Made by a program: the position numbers and the translations under genes. Source: Phycisphaerales bacterium (GTDB taxonomy: Bacteria > Planctomycetota > Phycisphaerae > Phycisphaerales > SM1A02). Taken from it: DNA of 64,000 bases. The notes below the pieces were generated by a model. That model did not search any database and was not told where the DNA came from. It saw only the letters and a list, made by a program, of their open reading frames with translations. Of this stretch, positions 25,538 through 33,685 are shown piece after piece; positions within the stretch are counted from its first letter, which is position 1; each line of letters opens with the position of its first letter. The DNA lies in contig SIAP01000007.1 of NCBI GenBank assembly GCA_009691725.1, positions 11,689 to 75,688 on the forward strand, written 5' to 3'.

Positions 25538-26245
25538 CTAACCCATCGTGGGTTGGACGGTCCGCTGTTCGATTCGTTTGACGCTGGTGGTCTTGACAAT
25601 TCGATCCACGAAGATGCCCGGCGAATGAATCTGATCTGGATCGAGCGATCCGATGTCGACGAGTTCCTCAACCTCGGCAACGCATCGCCGTCCACATGCG
25701 GCAACCATTGGATTGAAGTTGCGTGCCGTCTTTCGGTATACGAGGTTGCCGAATCGGTCTCCCTTCCAGGCCTTCACCAAAGAAAGGTCGGCCTTTATTC
25801 CGCGTTCGAGCACGAATGTTTCGCCATCGAACACTTCTTGTGGTTTGCCTTCTGCAACAAGTGTCGAGAGTCCAGTGCGGGTGTAAAAGGCGGGGATTCC
25901 TGAACCTCCGGCACGCATGCGCTCGGCCAATGTCCCTTGTGGGGTGAACTCGACTTCGAGTTCGCCAGCCATGTACTGGCGTTCGAACTCCGCGTTTTCT
26001 CCAACATAACTGGAGATCATTTTCCGAACTTGACGGGTTCTCAAGAGCAGCCCGAGCCCCCAGTCGTCCACGCCCGCGTTGTTGCTTGCGACGGTGAGTT
26101 GACGCACGCCGCTGTCGCGTAGCGCGAGAATCAGATTCTCGGGGATGCCGCAGAGCCCAAATCCACCCACCGCGATCAGCATGCCATCGTGAACAAGACC
26201 GTCGAGTGCTGCTTCACACGTGGGATAGACCTTGTCAATGGACAT
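25538..26245 (-). CDS. scoA: 3-oxoacid CoA-transferase subunit A
   Basis: Near-collinear resemblance to ScoA as I recall it ([61 protein letters not shown]). Start placed at internal ATG 26245 (MSIDKVY). Confidence 0.9.
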   Translation of the reverse strand: MSIDKVYPTCEAALDGLVHDGMLIAVGGFGLCGIPENLILALRDSGVRQLTVASNNAGVDDWGLGLLLRTRQVRKMISSYVGENAEFERQYMAGELEVEFTPQGTLAERMRAGGSGIPAFYTRTGLSTLVAEGKPQEVFDGETFVLERGIKADLSLVKAWKGDRFGNLVYRKTARNFNPMVAACGRRCVAEVEELVDIGSLDPDQIHSPGIFVDRIVKTTSVKRIEQRTVQPTMG

Positions 26246-26285
26246 TGGGGGCATAGTGTAGGCAACTGCACTAGGCTCGGATGCG

Positions 26286-27491
26286 GTGAGATCGCTCCTT
26301 GCAATCTTGATTCTGCTTTCGGCAATGCCCGACACGATGGCTGCGCCCGTTGTCAAAGAACTGTTCATGGATCGATATGGCGCGAGCCCTTCGGCGGCTC
26401 AGGTGTTCAATGGGATCAATCTGCTTGGAGCCTTCGCAGCGTTGCCGCTCCTGTGGTTGGTTCGCAAGCGGGATCACTCGATTGAACTGGTGATCTGGGG
26501 ATCGGCGGCGGACGCGCTCCTCTTGGGGTGCATGGCCTTGCCGCTTGGAATCGAGTGGACGATGATGATTCGGGGGTTGGAGGGGGTCACTGATGTGATC
26601 GTCTTCGCCGCACTGTTTGACATCGTCCGTCGCTCATCTGCAATCCGTGTGGCGACTGAGATTGGGATCGCCTCCACGCCTCTTCTGCTGGGTTTGGGTA
26701 TGGGAGCGATGGTTGGTGGCTTCGTCGTTCGCCAATCTGGGGTTGAATCGTCAGCGCTCTGGCTCTTCTGCTTGGCCGCCTCATTGAGCGTGACCGTCGC
26801 AGTCGTGACTTTCATCGCACGGGACACGATAAAGCGTCGGCTTGTGGCGGGATCGGTGATCGTTTTGGAACAGCACTCGTCCGCATTACAGGGGCGTTCA
26901 AGCCCAGATCCGATGTGGCCGTCGCTCGCGATGACCTTTTCTGATCGAGCGACAGGCGGGCTGATTACTGGCACGCTTCCGATCGCGCTCTCGCAGATTT
27001 TGGGGTACTCGCCACTTGTGCGCGGACTCCTTGTTGGATTGCCGCTCGTGCTCATGGCGCTTGGCACTGGACCTGCGGGATGGTTGTGCGATCGCATCGG
27101 CAGCCTCCGAGTGCGAGTGATTGCTGGCCTCTGCTACGCGGCTGGATTCGCGCTCCTCTCAGTGGTTGGCGATCACCCACTGCCACTCAGCGTGGTCATG
27201 GTGATCATTGGACTCTCTGGGAGTGCGTTGTTCTCGAGTTCCATTTCGCTGATCATCCGATCCGGTCCCACGACGATGGTGCTTGGCGCATTTCGAGGCG
27301 CAGGCGATCTTGGATTCTTGTGTGGGACTGCGCTCTCTGTGTTGCTCCTCGCATCCCTCGGTGGAGAATCACCGACCTATGCGAGCTACGCAAGTGTGCT
27401 GCTCATCTTTGCGGGGTTTCACTTTGCAACCACGCTCATCGCTGGAGCGCAATTGACGCTCGCGCGGAGTCGAACCAGTGGATTGGGTTGA
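26286..27491 (+). CDS. MFS-type transporter
   Basis: 401-aa ORF with a GTG start. About 12 hydrophobic segments in a 6+6 arrangement with a central loop. Confidence 0.7.
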   Translation: MRSLLAILILLSAMPDTMAAPVVKELFMDRYGASPSAAQVFNGINLLGAFAALPLLWLVRKRDHSIELVIWGSAADALLLGCMALPLGIEWTMMIRGLEGVTDVIVFAALFDIVRRSSAIRVATEIGIASTPLLLGLGMGAMVGGFVVRQSGVESSALWLFCLAASLSVTVAVVTFIARDTIKRRLVAGSVIVLEQHSSALQGRSSPDPMWPSLAMTFSDRATGGLITGTLPIALSQILGYSPLVRGLLVGLPLVLMALGTGPAGWLCDRIGSLRVRVIAGLCYAAGFALLSVVGDHPLPLSVVMVIIGLSGSALFSSSISLIIRSGPTTMVLGAFRGAGDLGFLCGTALSVLLLASLGGESPTYASYASVLLIFAGFHFATTLIAGAQLTLARSRTSGLG

Positions 27492-27505
27492 CGGAGATCC
27501 TGCAG

Positions 27506-28567
27506 TCAGTTTCTGGATGTGGCGATGGATGCAGCTCTTCGCATCTCCGCCGGGCTCATGGAGACGAGCGCGAGGCGGATCTTCTCAAGCGCCTTGTTCT
27601 GAATCTGTCGAACGCGTTCCTTCGTCACTCCGACGATGCCCCCGACTTGTTCGAGCGTGAGTTGGGCTGCGTCGACGGGTCGATCAAGTCCGAACCGATG
27701 AAAGATCACGGTGCGTTCAACCTCTGAAAGGCTGGCTCGATTGGCGTCGAACAATGCCTTCACCTCCTGCAGCGTGTCGATGTCTTGGCGTTGGCGCCGA
27801 TCCGAGGAGTGATCACCACGCTCAAGTTCTGGGTCGAATTCGACGGGGAAGAGTTGTCGATGCTTTTGAGTCTTGATCCCGAGTCGGCTGTATGCCTTCA
27901 GGATGGCGCGACATCCGTAGGTCGAAAACTTGAATCCACGGCTGAAGTCAAACTTGTCGACTGAGCGCATGAGCGCCATGTTTCCTTCGCTGACGAGATC
28001 CCCGAAATCCAGTTCAGCAGACCGAACGCGCTTCGACATGGCCAAGACGAGTCCGAGATTTGCTTCTGCGATCTGCTTGCGAATGCGTTCTGCGGTCGCA
28101 TGCCAGGTCAGCATCTCGCGCGCGCACTCGGATGTGACTGCGGTCCGAAGCGCACGGCGGCGTATCTGCGCCACGCGAAAGCGGGCAAAGTTCAGTTGCG
28201 CAAAGATGGTGCGCTCTTGCGCCGCTGTCAGAACCGCCGACTTGTTTGGTCGCAGCGAAGTCCCCTTCGTGACCGATGGACGGCGCTCGTCAAGGAGCGG
28301 TCGGTACCAAGTGATGTCGGGCTGAGCAATCGGCGCAGCGTCGTCGAAGATCCTTTGCTTGGCACCGATCGCGTGGAATCCAGGATTATCGACGAAGCCG
28401 ACTTCCGCTCCCTCCAGAGCCTCAAGGGTCACTCGGTCGTCGCAGGAGAATCGAGAACTGGGCAACCGGGTTGAACCGAAGACAATCGAAGGCGCCGAAC
28501 GACGAACAGTGAGTGGTTCGCAGTCGCGCTTCATGGACTCGAACTTGTGTGAGAGCGGTTTTGCCAT
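27506..28567 (-). CDS. RNA polymerase sigma factor, sigma-70 family (group 3-like) with a long N-terminal extension
   Basis: Region 2 (ANLGLVLAMSKRV...DLVSEGNMALMRSVDKFDFSRGFKFSTY) and region 4 HTH (LTLEQVGGIVGVTKERVRQIQNKALEKIR). ATG 28567 has GGAG 7 nt upstream. Confidence 0.9.
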   Translation of the reverse strand: MAKPLSHKFESMKRDCEPLTVRRSAPSIVFGSTRLPSSRFSCDDRVTLEALEGAEVGFVDNPGFHAIGAKQRIFDDAAPIAQPDITWYRPLLDERRPSVTKGTSLRPNKSAVLTAAQERTIFAQLNFARFRVAQIRRRALRTAVTSECAREMLTWHATAERIRKQIAEANLGLVLAMSKRVRSAELDFGDLVSEGNMALMRSVDKFDFSRGFKFSTYGCRAILKAYSRLGIKTQKHRQLFPVEFDPELERGDHSSDRRQRQDIDTLQEVKALFDANRASLSEVERTVIFHRFGLDRPVDAAQLTLEQVGGIVGVTKERVRQIQNKALEKIRLALVSMSPAEMRRAASIATSRN

Positions 28568-28765
28568 TTCAATTCTCCATGGGGATAAACAGCAGTCCAA
28601 TCCCACGAGGACCTGAGTACAGACTCCATACGCATGGTTTTACGAAATCGTTCAACAACTTGTGTGTGTTGCGATCGCCACCAGGACGTGGCAGATAACG
28701 CCACTTTGAGGGGGTCAATGGGGCTGATTCAAACCCAGGCGATAACGGATCCGTCGCGAGGCGAC

Positions 28766-29236
28766 CTACTCAATCTTGCCGCCGCTGGCGTCGTACACCC
28801 AAGAGTCGACTGCGCGTGTATAGCTCAACACCTCGCCCTCTTTGAAAAACAGGGCGATCTCGCGCGCGGCTGCTTCTGGGCTATCCGAACCATGCACGAG
28901 ATTGAAGGAGTTCGAGATCCCGAAGTCTCCGCGGATCGTTCCCGCCGCCGCCTTTGAGCCAAAGGTCGCTCCCATCAGGTTTCTACAGACAGTAATGGCA
29001 GCGACACCGCGCAATGCCATGACGACGACTGGTTCGCTGGTCATGAATCTGACCAGTCCAGCGTAAAAAGGTTTCGCCGCATGATCTTTGTAGTGCTGTG
29101 CTGCTAGCTCTCCCGAAATCTTCATCAGTTTCATGCCGACAATCTGGAGACCCTTCTGTTCGAATCGAGACACAACAGATCCGATGAGTCCGCGCTGGAC
29201 CGCGTCTGGCTTGAGGATGATGAGCGTGGTTTCCAT
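28766..29236 (-). CDS. ndk: nucleoside-diphosphate kinase
   Basis: ETTLIILKPDAVQRGLIG and NLVHGSDSPEAAAREIALFF (active-site His). Start at internal ATG 29236. Confidence 0.95.
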   Translation of the reverse strand: METTLIILKPDAVQRGLIGSVVSRFEQKGLQIVGMKLMKISGELAAQHYKDHAAKPFYAGLVRFMTSEPVVVMALRGVAAITVCRNLMGATFGSKAAAGTIRGDFGISNSFNLVHGSDSPEAAAREIALFFKEGEVLSYTRAVDSWVYDASGGKIE

Positions 29237-29348
29237 GGGGTTCCTTTGGTAAATGCGAGTGTGTGAGGGGGGGAATGATAGTGTTTCACGAGTTCTGGTG
29301 TTGTGCGTGAAGAGCACTCAGAGGCGATCGAGTAAGATCAACATCGGC

Positions 29349-31169
29349 ATGGACGCCCACCCAGAAACTCAATCGAAGAAAACTGTTGCACATCGACGGG
29401 GGTCGACTGCGGAGGAGATGTCGGAGCGTCAGCGCGAGATTTCCGTGAGTGAGTTCTTTGCAAAGAACCGCCATCTTCTGGGCTTTGACAATCCAAGAAA
29501 GGCGCTGCTGACTGCGGTGAAAGAGGCGGTCGACAACGCGCTCGACGCCTGTGAAGAAGCGGCCATCCTTCCGGATATCTACATCGAACTGTTGCAACGA
29601 TCCGAGACGCGCTTCAAGGTGACTGTGCGAGACAATGGACCAGGGATTGTCCGAAAGCAAATCGAAAACATCTTTGGGCGACTGCTCTATGGATCCAAGT
29701 TTCACAGGTTGAAGATGAGTCGTGGGCAACAGGGAATTGGAATCTCTGCTGCGGGGATGTATGGGTTGATGACCACGGGGCAGCCGGTTCTCATCATTTC
29801 CAAGACGCACAAGAAGAAGCCTGCGGTCGAGGTGCTCTTGAAGATGGATACCTCGAAGAATCGGGCGGATGTCGTCAGTGAGACTGAGCACCCTGAAGAC
29901 GACGGGCTGTTCGCAGATGGACATGGAACGCAGGTCTCCATCGAGTTGGAGGGGCGATACCAACTTGGACGGCAATCTGTGGACGAGTATCTCGACCAGA
30001 CAGCCATCGCGAATCCGCATGCTTCTTTCACCTATGTCAATCCAAGTAACGAACGCATCGAGTTCAAGCGGGGAACGAACGAATTGCCGCCAGAGGCAAA
30101 GGAGATTCTTCCGCATCCCAAGGGGATCGAGCTCGGCACCCTGATCCAAATGATTGAACGCACGGAGCGGACCCAGATTGGTGGGTTTCTCCAGGAAGAG
30201 TTTTCTCGGGTGTCACCTTCGGTGTCGAAGGACATTTGCGAGCGTGCCGGAATCACTGGGCGAACATGGGTGAAGCAGATCGGGCACAAGGAAGCAGAAG
30301 CGATCTATAAGGCCATCCAAGAAGCTCGAATCATGGCGCCGCCGACGGATTGCCTCGTTCCGATCGGAACGAAGGCACTGCTTTCGGGTCTCCTGAAAGA
30401 AGTGAAGGCGGAGTTCTTCACTGCGTGTACGCGGCCAGCGGATGTGTACCGCGGGAATCCGTTCGTGATCGAAGTTGGGCTGGCATTTGGCGGGGAACTT
30501 CCAAAGGACGAGTTGATTCGCGTGATTCGATTCGCCAATCGTGTTCCATTGCTCTATCAACAGTCTGCATGCGCATCCTTCAAGGCGGTGCTCGAAACGA
30601 GTTGGAAAAACTATGGAGTTTCGCAGTCGCGCGGCTCACTTCCTGATGGACCGGTGGTGGTGATGATGCACATGGCAAGCGTGTGGGTCCCGTTTACGAG
30701 TGAATCCAAAGAAGCGATTGCGGATTACGACGAGATCCGCAAGGAAATGAGACTGGCATTGCAAGAAGTGGGTCGAAAGCTCGGGATGTATCTGCGACGG
30801 CGGCAGCGGATGCGCAACGAAGGGGAGCGGCGAAGCATTTTTGAGCGGTACATCGGTGAGATCGCCCAGGCGACAGAATCGATTACGGGCGATTCGGCGA
30901 AGAAAATATATGAAGCACTGATGCGCGTGGCGCAGCGCAAGACTGAAGAAGCGGACGCAATCCTGAATGATGAGGGAAAGCGAGTGAAGGACGCCGACCC
31001 ATTTGGGAAAGACAGTTCCGTGGTGATCTTTGCCGCACGCTCCAGTGGCGAGCTGCCTGAGTCGGCGACGGAGTCGTCTTCGTCAAGAGGTTCCATCGGC
31101 GGATCCGAATCGCTCTTTGGTGAGCCCGAATCCTCGACCGATGTTCGGAAGCCCCGCAAGAAGAAATAG
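29349..31169 (+). CDS. top6B: DNA topoisomerase VI subunit B
   Basis: GHKL/Bergerat fold motifs (AVKEAVDNALDACEE, VRDNGPGI, GQQGIGISAAGMYG) and ISVSEFFAKNRHLLGFD typical of Top6B. Start at ATG 29349. Confidence 0.88.
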   Translation: MDAHPETQSKKTVAHRRGSTAEEMSERQREISVSEFFAKNRHLLGFDNPRKALLTAVKEAVDNALDACEEAAILPDIYIELLQRSETRFKVTVRDNGPGIVRKQIENIFGRLLYGSKFHRLKMSRGQQGIGISAAGMYGLMTTGQPVLIISKTHKKKPAVEVLLKMDTSKNRADVVSETEHPEDDGLFADGHGTQVSIELEGRYQLGRQSVDEYLDQTAIANPHASFTYVNPSNERIEFKRGTNELPPEAKEILPHPKGIELGTLIQMIERTERTQIGGFLQEEFSRVSPSVSKDICERAGITGRTWVKQIGHKEAEAIYKAIQEARIMAPPTDCLVPIGTKALLSGLLKEVKAEFFTACTRPADVYRGNPFVIEVGLAFGGELPKDELIRVIRFANRVPLLYQQSACASFKAVLETSWKNYGVSQSRGSLPDGPVVVMMHMASVWVPFTSESKEAIADYDEIRKEMRLALQEVGRKLGMYLRRRQRMRNEGERRSIFERYIGEIAQATESITGDSAKKIYEALMRVAQRKTEEADAILNDEGKRVKDADPFGKDSSVVIFAARSSGELPESATESSSSRGSIGGSESLFGEPESSTDVRKPRKKK

Positions 31170-31183
31170 AGGCGAACCACCCG

Positions 31184-32341
31184 ATGGCAAAGAAATCAAA
31201 GACCGACGAACCTTCTGGCACGGCCCCAAGCCGACTGGTAGGGAATCAAGCGATTCGGGACAAGACGCTCGGAAAGATCGCTGATCTCGGACGGGCAGTC
31301 GCGAAAGCAGCGCTTTCGGAGTCCGATCCATTCGTGGATGTTCCCACGCGAACCATCTCCAACACGACCTACAACCCAGCACGACGACTTTTGGAAATGG
31401 GTGATGCGACGCTGCGGCGCAATCTCTTCAACACAGGGCAGGCGCGAAAGTTCATGCAGACAGTGCTGCTCTCCAAGGGATGCAAGGATCTACTCGAGGC
31501 TCGCAAGACATTGAGTTTGCGAGGGATGTACTACATGAGTCTGCATTCCATTCCAGGCACCAAGGAGAAGACCTTTGATGACCAGGAGGAATCCGACGGC
31601 ATCTTGGAAGACATCGAGGTGTCACTCGCGACGCTGCGCGAGAATCTGCATCTCTTCGCAAAGAAGCGAGGCACGATGGTGGGCAACATCACCATCGTTG
31701 ACAACGGGGATCCGATTGATTGTCGACGGATGGGGACGGGTGGATATGCGATCCCGTCGATTTGCGAACCATCCGTTGTGCAGTTTGGAAAGTGCGACGC
31801 GAAATTCGTACTCCATGTGGAGAAGGACACCGTGTGGAGTCGATTCAACGAGGACCGCTTCTGGGAAAAACACAACTGCATTCTCACCGAAGGCAGTGGT
31901 CAGCCGCCTCGTGGGGTTCGACGGATGCTCTATCGATTGAACAAGGAACTCGGGCTCCCCGTCTATTGCCTGCTCGACTGTGACCCGTGGGGGCATTACA
32001 TCTACTCCGTCATCAAGCAGGGATCGATCAATCTTGCGTTCGAGAGTGAGCGTATGGCGATCCCGGATGCGAAGTACTTGGGGATTCGATCCTCGGACTT
32101 CACACGATGCGAACTTTCGGACGATGTGAAAATATCGCTCAACGACCGCGATATCGAACGGGCCAAGCAGATTGCTGAGTACCCATGGTTCGTCAAGAAG
32201 AAACACTGGCAGAAAGAGATTCAGCTGATGCTCAAGAATGGATTCAAGATGGAAGTCGAGTCGCTCATCACGAAGGACATTTCGTATGTCACTGAGGTGT
32301 ATGTGCCGGAGCGTCTGAAGGCAAAGGATTGGATCGACTGA
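31184..32341 (+). CDS. top6A: DNA topoisomerase VI subunit A (Spo11 family)
   Basis: 385-aa ORF. Winged-helix catalytic Tyr region LSLRGMYYMS. Toprim Glu (FVLHVEKDTVW) and DxD (CLLDCDPWGHYIY). Confidence 0.9.
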   Translation: MAKKSKTDEPSGTAPSRLVGNQAIRDKTLGKIADLGRAVAKAALSESDPFVDVPTRTISNTTYNPARRLLEMGDATLRRNLFNTGQARKFMQTVLLSKGCKDLLEARKTLSLRGMYYMSLHSIPGTKEKTFDDQEESDGILEDIEVSLATLRENLHLFAKKRGTMVGNITIVDNGDPIDCRRMGTGGYAIPSICEPSVVQFGKCDAKFVLHVEKDTVWSRFNEDRFWEKHNCILTEGSGQPPRGVRRMLYRLNKELGLPVYCLLDCDPWGHYIYSVIKQGSINLAFESERMAIPDAKYLGIRSSDFTRCELSDDVKISLNDRDIERAKQIAEYPWFVKKKHWQKEIQLMLKNGFKMEVESLITKDISYVTEVYVPERLKAKDWID

Positions 32342-32347
32342 ATCTGT

Positions 32348-33190
32348 TCACTCTCCTTGCGGCAGCGAGATACAAAAATCACTCCCTCGACCGACTTCGC
32401 TGAAAACGCGGATCGATCCCCCGTGCTCTTCGACGATTCGTCGCGAAACCGCAAGACCAAGTCCACTTCCTCCTTTTTTTGATGTGATGTACGGGCGAAA
32501 GATTTCTTCGTGTTGCGCTGAGGGAATCCCAGGTCCTGTGTCAATCACATGAATGGCTGCTTCGCTCGGACGTCCTGAATCTGATGGGACTCTCTCGATA
32601 CGCACTATGAGTTCTTTGCGTGCTGGAGTCGTGCTCAATTCCATTGCGTGCATAGCGTTGAGCATGAGATTGAGAATCGCTTGCTTGAGGAGCCCGGCGT
32701 CGACGAGTGCGAGGACGGGCTCGGGTGGGAGATCGCTTCGAAGCAGGACGGAAGACAATTCGCCTTGTGGATGAAGGAAGTCGACAAGTTCGCTCACAAT
32801 GTCTCGCAGGTCGCATCGATGCTTGTCGAGGTGAACTCTTCCCGCGAATTGAAGGAAGTCTTCGAGGATGTCCCGCAGCCGTCCTGCTTCCCGCGCAAGG
32901 GTGTCGACCTTTCGCACCAATCGGTTGGACTCGTCTTCGGGAAGGTTCGCATCGATCACCCCCTCACGCAGGAGTTGCGCATTGAGCACGACGCTCGAAA
33001 GCGGATTCTTTATCTCGTGGGCGAGTCCACCGGTCATCGCACCGAGTTCTGCGAGCCGTTCTGCGGCGATCGCACGACGTTCTGCAGCTTGTGTCCGCTC
33101 GACTCGCTTGCGCAGATACACCAAGAACGCAAGCGCGCACATCGCAACGCCCAGAAGGATTCCAAGATAAAGCGAGGGGGCGGAAAACAC
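32348..33190 (-). CDS. membrane-anchored histidine kinase without a recognisable sensor domain
   Basis: 280-aa ORF with a GTG start. One N-terminal TM, H-box GGLAHEIKNPLSSV, and N/G boxes (LNLMLNAMHAM, DTGPGI, GGSGLGLAVSRRIVEEHGG). Confidence 0.9.
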   Translation of the reverse strand: MFSAPSLYLGILLGVAMCALAFLVYLRKRVERTQAAERRAIAAERLAELGAMTGGLAHEIKNPLSSVVLNAQLLREGVIDANLPEDESNRLVRKVDTLAREAGRLRDILEDFLQFAGRVHLDKHRCDLRDIVSELVDFLHPQGELSSVLLRSDLPPEPVLALVDAGLLKQAILNLMLNAMHAMELSTTPARKELIVRIERVPSDSGRPSEAAIHVIDTGPGIPSAQHEEIFRPYITSKKGGSGLGLAVSRRIVEEHGGSIRVFSEVGRGSDFCISLPQGE

Positions 33191-33211
33191 GGTCGGGACT
33201 TCCGTCCCGAA

Positions 33212-33466
33212 TCACACAGCCGGAGCTGGAGTTCGGGCAAGTGCTTTGGCGTGCGTGGCCGCCCAACCCTTGGCCCCAGACTCGGCACTGTAGATCACCC
33301 GTTCGCTATCCCGCAAAGTTCGAAAGCCCTGTTCCTGATCAATCACGCTGAAGTGCACGAAGATGTCTTGCCCTTGAGGACCGACAATAAATCCGAATCC
33401 CTTCCGCGCATCAAACCACTTGACGGTGCCTTCGGAATTCAGGATTTTCTGTTCACTTTCAGACAT
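33212..33466 (-). CDS. cspA: cold-shock domain protein
   Basis: GTVKWFDARKGFGFI (RNP1) and DIFVHFS (RNP2). ATG 33466 has GGAGG upstream. About 15 aa of C-terminal extension. Confidence 0.92.
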   Translation of the reverse strand: MSESEQKILNSEGTVKWFDARKGFGFIVGPQGQDIFVHFSVIDQEQGFRTLRDSERVIYSAESGAKGWAATHAKALARTPAPAV

Positions 33467-33622
33467 TGATTGCCTCCACGAACCAGACTGGAACCCTGCG
33501 CACACTAACTCACAGCACCTCGCAACTACTTGCGACTGCACAACCCAACCATCTTGGTCATTGTGACCCCAAAAACGGCATCGCGCAACATTCAGTCGGA
33601 AAAGCGTTGTGTTTTTCTGCAC
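33467..33622 (-). promoter_or_regulatory. long 5' leader / promoter region of csp (inferred)
   Basis: About 155 nt of non-coding sequence between the pnp terminator and the csp ATG. Long structured leaders are typical of csp genes. No specific element was identified. Confidence 0.3.
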
Positions 33623-33650
33623 AAAAAAGCAGCCCCCGAACGGGGGCTGC
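33623..33650 (-). terminator. rho-independent terminator downstream of pnp
   Basis: Minus strand reads GCAGCCCCCG-TT-CGGGGGCTGC followed by TTTTTTGTG. A 10-bp GC-rich stem plus a T-tract. Confidence 0.75.
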
Positions 33651-33685
33651 TTGGGCTTGACTACAACTCGCTTGAGGGGATGCGT

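Noticed and set aside
29286-30149. 287-aa minus-strand ORF opposite top6B
   Set aside because: An antisense shadow ORF with no recognisable motif.
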